A stretch of DNA of 64,000 nt from Clostridiales bacterium (GTDB taxonomy: Bacteria; Bacillota; Clostridia; Lachnospirales; WRAX01), in contig JAISCI010000045.1 in assembly GCA_031265685.1 (NCBI GenBank), positions 15,467 through 79,466 of the forward strand. The letters run 5' to 3'. The notes under the pieces are model-generated. The model made no database searches. It was not told the origin of the DNA and saw nothing but the letters and a program-made list of their open reading frames with translations. The position numbers were made by a program, and so were the translations under genes. Positions 49,919-57,898 of the stretch are shown piece after piece; position 1 is the first letter of the stretch, and the number at the start of each line of letters is the position of its first letter.

Positions 49919-50642
49919 CGCCCATTATCGCGAACAGATTGCGCTTCAGAGTCTCCAGCTGCGTGTCCGCCGATACGTCCACCGAACCGAACGGCGTCTC
50001 GATGACGGCATCGCCGTCCTCGAACGACGGGTCGGCGGTCAGCTCCAGCTTGGCCCCGCCCGCCGCGCCCGACAACTCGTCCATACGACCGGCGATTTCG
50101 CCGTAACGGGACTTCGATACGCGGATCGCGGCGACGCCGGTTATCGTCTTGTCGGAGAGGCCCTTTCGTATCATCGCCAGTATCGCGTCGCCGCCGAACC
50201 TGACGGCTCCGCCCACGATACTCTCGCAAATCTCCGCGATAAGCCCGACCAGTCTCGGTTCCGCCTCGGCTATTATCTCGTCTCGGCGGCGTATGGACTC
50301 GGACAGCGCGTTTTCGGCTTCCGCGCGGAGCTTGTCGGCTTCGTCCCGGGCGTCGGCAAGGCCGTCGGCATAGCCCCTCTCCCGCCCGTCAAGCTCGGCT
50401 TCCCGCCGTATGCGCTCGCTCTCCTCCCGCGCGGCGGCAAGCTCCCGCTCCGCGTCCGCCTCAGCCGCCGATACTATCCGCCCGGCTTCTTCCCGCGCCG
50501 CCGCCAGTATGTTCCCGGACAAGTCCGGGGGCGGTTCCGGCGCGGGCGCGGGTCCCGGTTCCTCGGGAATGCCGGGCGCTCTCGCTATATAGTATCTGTC
50601 GTCGGACAGATTAACATGCGGGGCTTTGAGAACGCTAGACAA
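49899..50642 (-). CDS. fliH: flagellar assembly protein FliH
   Basis: 247 aa. Glu/Arg/Ala-rich coiled coil plus a FliH-type C-terminal domain; position between fliG and fliI. Confidence 0.8.
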   Translation of the reverse strand: MSSVLKAPHVNLSDDRYYIARAPGIPEEPGPAPAPEPPPDLSGNILAAAREEAGRIVSAAEADAERELAAAREESERIRREAELDGRERGYADGLADARDEADKLRAEAENALSESIRRRDEIIAEAEPRLVGLIAEICESIVGGAVRFGGDAILAMIRKGLSDKTITGVAAIRVSKSRYGEIAGRMDELSGAAGGAKLELTADPSFEDGDAVIETPFGSVDVSADTQLETLKRNLFAIMGGGDDGG

Positions 50643-51672
50643 TTATCTCGTCCCCCCCGCCCCTAGCGACGATAATCTCGCCGGCGTCCTGCAGCCGGCG
50701 GATGATGTTCACTATCTTCTGCTGCGCCTCGTCCACGTCGGACTTGCGCACCGGACCCATATACTCCATGTCCTCGCGGATCATGGCCGACAGCCGCTTC
50801 GAGATATTCGCGAGTATCACGCCTCGCACCTCGGCGCTGGCGCCCTTCAGCGCCACGGCCAGCTCGCGGTTGTCGATATCCGAACGCAGGACGGTCTGGA
50901 TCGAGCGGTTGTCCATCGTGATGATGTCCTCGAATACGAACATCTTGCGTTTTATCTCCTCGGAGAGATCGTAGTCCTCGCCGGCGAGCGTCTCCATAAT
51001 GTTCTTCTCGGTGGCCCGGTCCACGGCGCTGAGTATCTCGACCACGGCGTCCACGCCGCCGACCGTCGTGTAGTCTTCGGTCATGAGGCTCGAGAGCCGT
51101 TTCTCGAGCGCTCGCTCGACTTCCTTCACTACTTCGGGGCTGGTCCTGTCCATCGTGGCGATGCGCCGCGCCACGTTCGTCTGGAGCCGCGGCTCCAGCT
51201 CGGCCAGCACCTGCGCCGCCTGCTGCGGGCGAAGGTACGACAGTATCAGCGCGATAATCTGCGGATGCTCGTTCCGGATAAAGTTAAGCACCTGCGTCGG
51301 ATCGGCCTTGCGCACGAAATCGAACGGTCGCGTCTTAAGCGACGCGGTTAGTTTCAATATGACCTGACGCGCGCGCTCCGGGCCGAGCGCCTTCTCGAGC
51401 ACCTGTTTGGCGTAGTTCAGCCCGCCCTCCTCGATGTACCGCTGCGCGAGGCATATCTGGTAGAACTCGTCCAGCACCCGTTCCTTGACGTCGGGCATGA
51501 CGGCGGCTATGTTTGAAATCTCCAGCGTCAGCGACTCGATCTCGTCTTCCTTCAGATGCTTGAATATCCTCGCGGATTTCTCCGGCCCGAGGGATATGAG
51601 CAGTATGGCCGCCTTCTGCTTGCCCGAAAGGCTGTCCAGTTTTTTCCCGCGTTCCAGCGCGGCGGTCGGCAT
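50635..51672 (-). CDS. fliG: flagellar motor switch protein FliG
   Basis: 345 aa with LSGKQKAAILLISLG at the N-terminus, an MFVFEDI motif and a charged torque helix region. Confidence 0.95.
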   Translation of the reverse strand: MPTAALERGKKLDSLSGKQKAAILLISLGPEKSARIFKHLKEDEIESLTLEISNIAAVMPDVKERVLDEFYQICLAQRYIEEGGLNYAKQVLEKALGPERARQVILKLTASLKTRPFDFVRKADPTQVLNFIRNEHPQIIALILSYLRPQQAAQVLAELEPRLQTNVARRIATMDRTSPEVVKEVERALEKRLSSLMTEDYTTVGGVDAVVEILSAVDRATEKNIMETLAGEDYDLSEEIKRKMFVFEDIITMDNRSIQTVLRSDIDNRELAVALKGASAEVRGVILANISKRLSAMIREDMEYMGPVRKSDVDEAQQKIVNIIRRLQDAGEIIVARGGGDEIIV

Positions 51673-51676
51673 ACTA

Positions 51677-53308
51677 TCACTCCCAATCGTCGTTCAGCCA
51701 GTTGCGCATCAGCGCGGCGGCCGCCTCGGGCTTCTCGTCCACCAGCTTGTCAAGCTGCCGCCTCATGTCCGATTCGAGTCCTATCTCAATCTCGCTCAGT
51801 TTCTCGGGTTCGGGCCGCGACGGCTCCTCCGGCTGACCGCTCATAAGCAGTTCCTCCACCGAAAGCTCCGGCTCGATCTCCTCATCCGCGACGGGTTTCG
51901 CCCGGCGCAGCAGGCCATACGCCAGAAGGATGATCAGCAGAGCCAGCGCGGCCATCGTAACGATCTGGCTGAGGGCCATTGGCGCGGGCGGCGGCGCGTC
52001 CGTAAACACCGGCACCATGTACCCGACTACGGAGAGGTTCTTTATCCCCGTTCCCATCTTGAGCGACTCCGCGAAGTTCTGATCAACGGTAAACTCCGAA
52101 GGCTTCGTATCGGCTTTGAAGTCCGCCCACGTCGTCCCGTCCAGCTTGCCTTGCGCCTTCATGTCGGCCTCGGCGTAAGGGGCGTACCGGTACACGTATA
52201 CCGACATGCTGGAGTCTCCGGCCAGCATGTTGCCGATCTGCCCCGTCTTGTTCTGCTCGACGACATTATAGATGTAACTGGCTTCCTTCTCGTTCAGCGA
52301 GGAGGCGCTTGTCTCGCCGCCCTGCATAACGTATGTCGGAGTCTCCTGGTTGTTGGCGCCGACGCCCGGCTCGCCGCCCGCCGCCGTCCCCGACGAGGAC
52401 GACTTGCTCGTCTTTTCGCTGTCGGTGAATCCGCTCGCGGCTTCGTCCCCCAAGGGGTTCGTGTACGTGCGCGACTGCTCCGAGATTGTGTCCCAGTTGA
52501 ATCGCAGATTGAATATTATCGACGTCTCGTCGAAGAGCGGGCGCGCGGCGCGCTTGATCTCGTCCTCGAGAGCGCTCTTCATCAGCGACTCGGCCTCGAA
52601 CTGCGTCTTTATGCCGCCGCCCGCCGCCGCCGAGCCGCCCGAGAACAGCATGTTGTAGTTCTGATCGGTTATCTCGACATTGGATACGTCAAGATTCTTG
52701 ACGCTTCTGGCCACAAAACGGGCGACGGCCTCGGCCTGCCCCGCGTCGAGCTGCCCGTCCGTCTCGACGAGCACCGCCGCCGTAGCCTCCGCTTCCGGGA
52801 GGAAGAAGTTGGTGTCTCCGGGGATGACGAGCTGGACGCTCGCGGCGCGGACGCCCCTCATCTTGCCGATTATTCCCTCCAGCTCGGTCTGCTTGGCTTT
52901 TTTCAGGTTCTCATTCTTGATCGTATCCGTCGTACCCATCGACGAGTATTCCAAGGCGTCGTAATAGGTGAATTTATTGCCGGAGAACACGTTCGCCGTC
53001 TCCAGCGCCAGCCGCGCCTGCCCCAGGTCGCGGGAATTGACACGCAGCGCCGTGCCGTTCTCAGCCAATTCGGACGCTATGCCCGCGCTGTCAAGGGCGC
53101 CCTGGGCCGACACTATCGTCGCCGCGTCCTGATTGTTGACGAGAACGTACATAGCCGGGCGAAGCGTCAAATAAACGGTTATACCAAGGGCGACAAGGAA
53201 TACCGCCGCGATTATGATTATTCGGACGCGCCGGCTCGCCTCTATTCCGTTCCATTTCGCCAACGCGTCGCCGGCTGCCGCCTTAATCCTGTCCAGCATT
53301 CCGTTCAC
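51677..53308 (-). CDS. fliF: flagellar MS-ring protein FliF
   Basis: 543 aa. Two TM segments flank a large periplasmic domain; acidic C-terminus (FliG-binding). GTG 53308 or ATG 53299 could be the start. Confidence 0.9.
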   Translation of the reverse strand: MNGMLDRIKAAAGDALAKWNGIEASRRVRIIIIAAVFLVALGITVYLTLRPAMYVLVNNQDAATIVSAQGALDSAGIASELAENGTALRVNSRDLGQARLALETANVFSGNKFTYYDALEYSSMGTTDTIKNENLKKAKQTELEGIIGKMRGVRAASVQLVIPGDTNFFLPEAEATAAVLVETDGQLDAGQAEAVARFVARSVKNLDVSNVEITDQNYNMLFSGGSAAAGGGIKTQFEAESLMKSALEDEIKRAARPLFDETSIIFNLRFNWDTISEQSRTYTNPLGDEAASGFTDSEKTSKSSSSGTAAGGEPGVGANNQETPTYVMQGGETSASSLNEKEASYIYNVVEQNKTGQIGNMLAGDSSMSVYVYRYAPYAEADMKAQGKLDGTTWADFKADTKPSEFTVDQNFAESLKMGTGIKNLSVVGYMVPVFTDAPPPAPMALSQIVTMAALALLIILLAYGLLRRAKPVADEEIEPELSVEELLMSGQPEEPSRPEPEKLSEIEIGLESDMRRQLDKLVDEKPEAAAALMRNWLNDDWE

Positions 53309-53323
53309 CCCGTATTACGATTC

Positions 53324-53473
53324 ATACTGTTTCAGAAGTAAGGTTGACATTCGCTTTTAAGGTTCGCGACCATGAAGTCCGCGTGGACGAAGTTCACGTG
53401 AACCACGCAAAATTCCGTCACGCGAAAATTACCTTCTTAAAAACAAGTATCACTGTCTGAGCTGAAACAGTAT
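53324..53473. repeat. fold-back element at the fliE|fliF junction
   Basis: ATACTGTTTCAG (53324-53335) pairs with CTGAAACAGTAT (53462-53473). Inner arms are GACATTCGCTTTTAAGG and CCTTCTTAAAAACAAGTATC. The centre contains degenerate core units (GAAGTTCAC-gtgaaccac-GCAAAATTC). Confidence 0.85.
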
Positions 53474-53474
53474 C

Positions 53475-53780
53475 TTACATCGAAAGCCGCATTATTTCCT
53501 TATAGGCTTCCACGGCCTTGTTCGTAACCTGCACGGTGAAAGAAAGCGCGGCGTAAGCCTTTTCCTGCGCGAGCATTACCGACAGCATATCGTCGGAGTG
53601 CCCGGCGGCGAAATCCAGCTGCGCCCGGTCGGCCGCCAGCTGATAGTCGTTGGTCTGCGCGATCAGATTCGTGTATGAGTCAAAGAAATACTCGAAAGGC
53701 TGCGCGTCCTTCTCCCCGGCGGATTCTCCGGCGAGCGGCGCCAGCGGCGCGAACGACGCGCCCACAGCGTTAACATACAC
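53475..53780 (-). CDS. fliE: flagellar hook-basal body protein FliE
   Basis: 101 aa, GTG start. The C-terminal NKAVEAYKEIMRLSM is typical of FliE. Confidence 0.85.
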   Translation of the reverse strand: MYVNAVGASFAPLAPLAGESAGEKDAQPFEYFFDSYTNLIAQTNDYQLAADRAQLDFAAGHSDDMLSVMLAQEKAYAALSFTVQVTNKAVEAYKEIMRLSM

Positions 53781-53798
53781 TCAGATCAGTCCTTTCGT

Positions 53799-53895
53799 TA
53801 TACCGTTTCAGGATTAAGGCTGACATTTGTTTTTAAGGTTCACGCGAAAATTACCTTCTTAAAAACAAATGCCGCCGTACAACCTGAAACAGTAT
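53799..53895. repeat. fold-back element at the flgC|fliE junction (no core module)
   Basis: TATACCGTTTCAGG (53799-53812) pairs with CCTGAAACAGTAT (53883-53895). Inner arms are GACATTTGTTTTTAAGG and CCTTCTTAAAAACAAATG. The right end overlaps the flgC stop. Confidence 0.85.
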
Positions 53896-54329
53896 TATCT
53901 CGAGATTTCCAGCGTCCTGCTGATCATGGCCTTAGACGAGTTGATCGCCGTAACGTTCGCCTCATACGAGCGCGTGGCGGATACCATGTTCACCATCTCG
54001 ACCACGATATTTACGTTCGGCTTGGTAACATACCCGTCCGCGTCCGCGTCGGGGTGGCCGGGCTCGTATACGCGCGTACCCTCGGCGGTATCCTCCGCTA
54101 TCTGAGATACCCGCACGCCGCCGGAAGCCCCCGAGAGCGCTCCCTTCAGATAATCGGCGAATTCGGCGGCGGGCTTCTCCCGGAACACAGCCGTCTTGCG
54201 CCGGTACGGCCCTCCCGTTTCGGTTCGCGTCGTTTCGGCGTTGGCGATGTTCTCCGATATTAAATCCATGCGCAGACGCTGGGCGGTCAGGCCCGAAGCC
54301 GATATGTCCATTGCCCCGAAAAATCCCAC
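53895..54329 (-). CDS. flgC: flagellar basal-body rod protein FlgC
   Basis: 144 aa, GTG start, with DISASGLTAQRLRMDLISENIANAETTRT at the N-terminus. Confidence 0.95.
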   Translation of the reverse strand: MGFFGAMDISASGLTAQRLRMDLISENIANAETTRTETGGPYRRKTAVFREKPAAEFADYLKGALSGASGGVRVSQIAEDTAEGTRVYEPGHPDADADGYVTKPNVNIVVEMVNMVSATRSYEANVTAINSSKAMISRTLEISR

Positions 54330-54342
54330 AGACGCCCCTCCT

Positions 54343-54383
54343 TATACTGTTCTCAACCAAGCGATAGATTGAGTTGAGAATAG
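54343..54383. repeat. short ATACTG-type inverted repeat at the flgB|flgC junction
   Basis: TATACTGTTCTCAAC-caagcgatagattga-GTTGAGAATAG (one mismatch). It lies between the flgB stop (54390) and the flgC SD AAGGAGGGG. Confidence 0.7.
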
Positions 54384-54389
54384 CCTTGG

Positions 54390-54782
54390 CTATCTTATCC
54401 CTGTTATCGCCAGATTGAGCCGCTTGTAATTATTGACGACTCCGGAAACCAGCGTATCGTAGCGCGCGCCGTTTTTGTAGAGTTCTGTCATCTCGGACTC
54501 TATGTCCACGTTGTTGCCGTCGATCCGGTATTCGTAAGAGCCGTACTCAGTGTAGATCTCCGGGCGCGCGGACAACGCTTTCGACGCGTTTCGCGCGGTA
54601 ATCCGCCCCCCCTCCTCGCCCAGCGCCTTCGCGAAGTACTCCTCGAAAGTCACGCCGGACTTCTTGAAACCCGGCGTGTCGGCGTTCGCTATATTGTTAG
54701 CGATAACGCCGTCACGCTTCTCGGCGGCCGCCATTGCGAGTCCGAGCGCGTCGTTCTGCAGAAACATCGTGCCGAATATCAT
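54390..54782 (-). CDS. flgB: flagellar basal-body rod protein FlgB
   Basis: ATG 54782 (MIFGTMFLQ..) follows SD GGAGG at 7 nt; the ORF track extends to 54803. Contains the IANNIANADTPGFK motif. Confidence 0.9.
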   Translation of the reverse strand: MIFGTMFLQNDALGLAMAAAEKRDGVIANNIANADTPGFKKSGVTFEEYFAKALGEEGGRITARNASKALSARPEIYTEYGSYEYRIDGNNVDIESEMTELYKNGARYDTLVSGVVNNYKRLNLAITGIR

Positions 54783-54884
54783 TCGTTCGCCTCCATCCAT
54801 CATGAGAGCGTTTTTTTGCCATAAATAGTATGCTCAATTTACGTCTATTGATTAATCATTTTCATCCCCATCGGCGCGAAAAAA

Positions 54885-54944
54885 GGCGAAAAAATAAAGC
54901 CGACGGAATCCGCGTCCATTATCTTCGCCCATTCCGTAGGCTTT
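54885..54944 (-). terminator. intrinsic terminator after purD, upstream of the flagellar operon
   Basis: On the minus strand AAAGCCTACGGAAT pairs with ATTCCGTCGGCTTT (14 bp, one mismatch, 21-nt loop), followed by ATTTTTTCGCCTTTTTT. Confidence 0.6.
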
Positions 54945-54960
54945 ATTCTCTCCCTGCCAT

Positions 54961-56223
54961 CTACAGCCGCCCGCCAATGTCTCTCCTGTGGAACATATCC
55001 GTAAACTCTATCTTACCCGCGGCGGCGTAAGCCTTTTTAATCGCTTCCGTCAGACTGCCGCCCGTCGCCGTGACGCCCAGCACGCGCCCGCCGTCCGTGA
55101 CGGGCAATCCGCGCCGCCCCGCGACTCCCGCCGAATAGACGGTAACGCCGGGGATCCGCTCCGCGTCGCCGATACCGGTTATCGGGTATCCCTTCCCATA
55201 ACCGCCGGGGTATCCGCCGCTGGCCAGCACGACCGCAGCCGCCGACTGACCCGAGAACCGAACGTCCGCCCGATCGAGCCTGCCCTCGACGCACGCGAGC
55301 ATGATCTCCGCCAAGTCGCCCTCGAGCAGCGGCAGAACCGCCTGAGTCTCCGGATCTCCGAAGCGCGCGTTATACTCCAGCAGTTTCGGGCCGCTCTCCG
55401 TCAGGATAATCCCGAAGTATATCACCCCGACAAACCGGATGCCCTCGGCGGCGAGCGCCGCCATTGTGGGACTGATAATCTCCCGCTCGACGCGCTCCGC
55501 CATCTCTTCGGTGTAGTACGGGCAAGGCGCCACCGCGCCCATTCCGCCGGTGTTAGGGCCTAAGTCGCCGTCGAGCGCGCGTTTGTGATCCCTGGCGGAG
55601 ATCATCGGCGCTATCGTTTCACCGTCGCAGAACGCCAGCACGGACACTTCCGGCCCGGACAGAAATTCTTCCGCGACGACGGTCTTCCCGCTCTCGCCGA
55701 ACTTCCCGCCCAGAAACATATCGCCGAGCGCCTCACGCGCCTCGTCCGCCGTCCGGCAGACGACTACGCCCTTGCCGAGCGCCAGACCGCTCGCCTTGAC
55801 GACGAGCGGCATCGCCGCCGTGCCGGCGTACGCCGCCGCGCTGTCGAAATTGTCGAAGACGCGGTATCCGGCGGTCGGTATGCCGTATTTGCTCATGAGA
55901 CCTTTCGCGAACGCTTTCGACGATTCAATCCGCGCGGCGTCCTTTGTGGGGCCGAAACACTTGATGCCGGCCTCGTTAAAAGCGTCCGAGAGACCGTCCG
56001 CGAGCGGGCCGTCCGGCCCGATAACCGCCAGATCAACCGACTTTTCCGCCGCGAAAGCGATAAGCTCCGCGAAACTTTTCGAATCTATATCGACAGTTTC
56101 AGCGTGACGGCTTATACCGAAATTACCCGGCGCGCAATATATTTTTTCCGCCGACGCGCTCTGTGACAGCTTGTGGCATATGGCATGCTCCCGCCCGCCC
56201 CCGCCGACGACCAGTATATTCAT
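54961..56223 (-). CDS. purD: phosphoribosylamine--glycine ligase
   Basis: 420 aa with MNILVVGGGGREHAI at the N-terminus and an ATP-grasp core. Confidence 0.95.
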   Translation of the reverse strand: MNILVVGGGGREHAICHKLSQSASAEKIYCAPGNFGISRHAETVDIDSKSFAELIAFAAEKSVDLAVIGPDGPLADGLSDAFNEAGIKCFGPTKDAARIESSKAFAKGLMSKYGIPTAGYRVFDNFDSAAAYAGTAAMPLVVKASGLALGKGVVVCRTADEAREALGDMFLGGKFGESGKTVVAEEFLSGPEVSVLAFCDGETIAPMISARDHKRALDGDLGPNTGGMGAVAPCPYYTEEMAERVEREIISPTMAALAAEGIRFVGVIYFGIILTESGPKLLEYNARFGDPETQAVLPLLEGDLAEIMLACVEGRLDRADVRFSGQSAAAVVLASGGYPGGYGKGYPITGIGDAERIPGVTVYSAGVAGRRGLPVTDGGRVLGVTATGGSLTEAIKKAYAAAGKIEFTDMFHRRDIGGRL

Positions 56224-56858
56224 CCAATTCCACCTTTACCGATTATCTCCGCTCTCCCGCCGGACACCCGCAGCCGTCCCTCGCAGAACAGCCGCGCGGC
56301 TTCCGGGTATATCTCCCATTCGGCTTCCTCCATGACGCGCCGCTGAAGAATCTCCGGCGTGTCGCCCGCCTCTACCGCAACGGCCTTTTGCAGTATGATC
56401 GGCCCGGCGTCCGGCTCCTTGGCGGCGAAATGGACGGTCGCGCCCGTTACTTTGACGCCTTTCGCGAGAGCGGCCTCGTGTACGCGGATACCGTACAGCC
56501 CAGCGCCGCAGAAAGACGGTATCAGCGACGGGTGAACGTTCATGATCCGCTCCGGGAACGCGTCCAGAAAAGTACCGCCGAGTACGGTCATATATCCGGC
56601 GAGCAGCACAAGCTCCGTCCCGAACGATTTGAGATCGTCCGCGAGCGCCGTCTCGAAAGCTTCGGCGTCCGGATAATCCCCGCGGCGGACGACTCGGGAC
56701 GGGACGCCGTAACGCGCCGCCCGCGTGAGCGCGTACGCCCCGTCCCGGCTCGAAATCACCCGGACGACCCGCCCGGGTATATACCCCGACGCGCACCGCG
56801 CGAGGATCCTCTCCAGATTCGTGCCGCCGCCGGATACGAGCGCGGCTATATTCAGCAT
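56220..56858 (-). CDS. purN: phosphoribosylglycinamide formyltransferase
   Basis: ATG 56858 (MLNIAALVSGGGTNL) is preferred to the GTG at 56867. Contains the NVHPSLIPSFCG motif. Confidence 0.9.
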   Translation of the reverse strand: MLNIAALVSGGGTNLERILARCASGYIPGRVVRVISSRDGAYALTRAARYGVPSRVVRRGDYPDAEAFETALADDLKSFGTELVLLAGYMTVLGGTFLDAFPERIMNVHPSLIPSFCGAGLYGIRVHEAALAKGVKVTGATVHFAAKEPDAGPIILQKAVAVEAGDTPEILQRRVMEEAEWEIYPEAARLFCEGRLRVSGGRAEIIGKGGIG

Positions 56859-57880
56859 ATGCCGCACCCTTCGCCCGCCGTAATCTCTCCGATGATGAAG
56901 GCGGTCTCCCCCGCGGCGGTCAGCGCGGCGACGGCGGCGTCCGCGTCGCCCGGTGAGACGGCGGCAGCCATGCCCACGCCCATGTTGAAGGTCGAGTACA
57001 TCTCGTCCTCGTCAAGATCCCCCGCGAAGGCCAGCAGGCCGAAAATGGGCGGCGGCGTCCAGGCGGAGCGCCGCACAACGGCCCTGACGCCGGCGGGCAG
57101 CATCCGGGGGACGTTCTCGGTAAACCCGCCGCCGGTTATGTGGCAGAGCCCCTTGACCACGACCGCGGACCGGAGCGCCGACACCGCCTTAACATATATC
57201 CTTGTCGGCGTGAGCAGGGCTTCGCCGAGCGTCTGTCCAAGGGACTGCACGTACTCGTCCATAGATTCCCGCGTCATGCGCAGCACGCGCCGCACAAGCG
57301 AGTAGCCGTTGGAGTGAAGGCCGGAGGACGCTATGCCGATCAGCACGTCCCCGGGGGCGATCGTCCCGCCCGTGATAAGGTTCGGGCGATCCGCCAGCCC
57401 TACCGCGAAGCCCGCGACGTCGTACTCGCCGGGATCGTAGAAGCCGGGCATTTCCGCCGTCTCACCGCCGATGAGCGCGGCGCCCGCCTGACGGCAGCCA
57501 GAGACCATCCCCGCGACTATAGCCGCGATACGGTCCGGAGCCAGCCGCCCGCAGGCGATGTAATCCAGGAAAAACAACGGCTCGGCGCCGCAGCAGATCA
57601 CGTCGTTCACGCACATGGCCACGCAGTCTGTGCCGATAGTGTCGTGCCTGTCCATGATGAAGGCTATCTTCAGCTTCGTGCCGACGCCGTCCGTCCCCGA
57701 GACGAGGATCGGATCCTCCATGTTCTTCGCGGCCGCTATGCTGAACAGCCCGCCGAAGCCGCCTATCGCGCCCAGCGTCTCGGGCCGCGCCGTCTTCTCC
57801 GCCAGCGCCTTGATGAGCCGGACCGACGCGTACCCCGCGTCCACGTCCACTCCCGATTCTTTGTACAGTTCCCTTGACAT
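56852..57880 (-). CDS. purM: phosphoribosylformylglycinamidine cyclo-ligase (AIR synthetase)
   Basis: 342 aa with YKESGVDVDAGY and SGTDGVGTKL motifs. Confidence 0.95.
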   Translation of the reverse strand: MSRELYKESGVDVDAGYASVRLIKALAEKTARPETLGAIGGFGGLFSIAAAKNMEDPILVSGTDGVGTKLKIAFIMDRHDTIGTDCVAMCVNDVICCGAEPLFFLDYIACGRLAPDRIAAIVAGMVSGCRQAGAALIGGETAEMPGFYDPGEYDVAGFAVGLADRPNLITGGTIAPGDVLIGIASSGLHSNGYSLVRRVLRMTRESMDEYVQSLGQTLGEALLTPTRIYVKAVSALRSAVVVKGLCHITGGGFTENVPRMLPAGVRAVVRRSAWTPPPIFGLLAFAGDLDEDEMYSTFNMGVGMAAAVSPGDADAAVAALTAAGETAFIIGEITAGEGCGIC

Positions 57881-57898
57881 CCCTTGTCCCCCTAGTCT

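Noticed and set aside
54804-54884. Search for the flagellar operon promoter (sigma-A or sigma-28 TAAA-N15-GCCGATAA) upstream of flgB.
   Set aside because: Only weak candidates were found (TTAATC, 17 nt, CATACT; a GCCGATGG without an upstream TAAA). This is not good enough to annotate.
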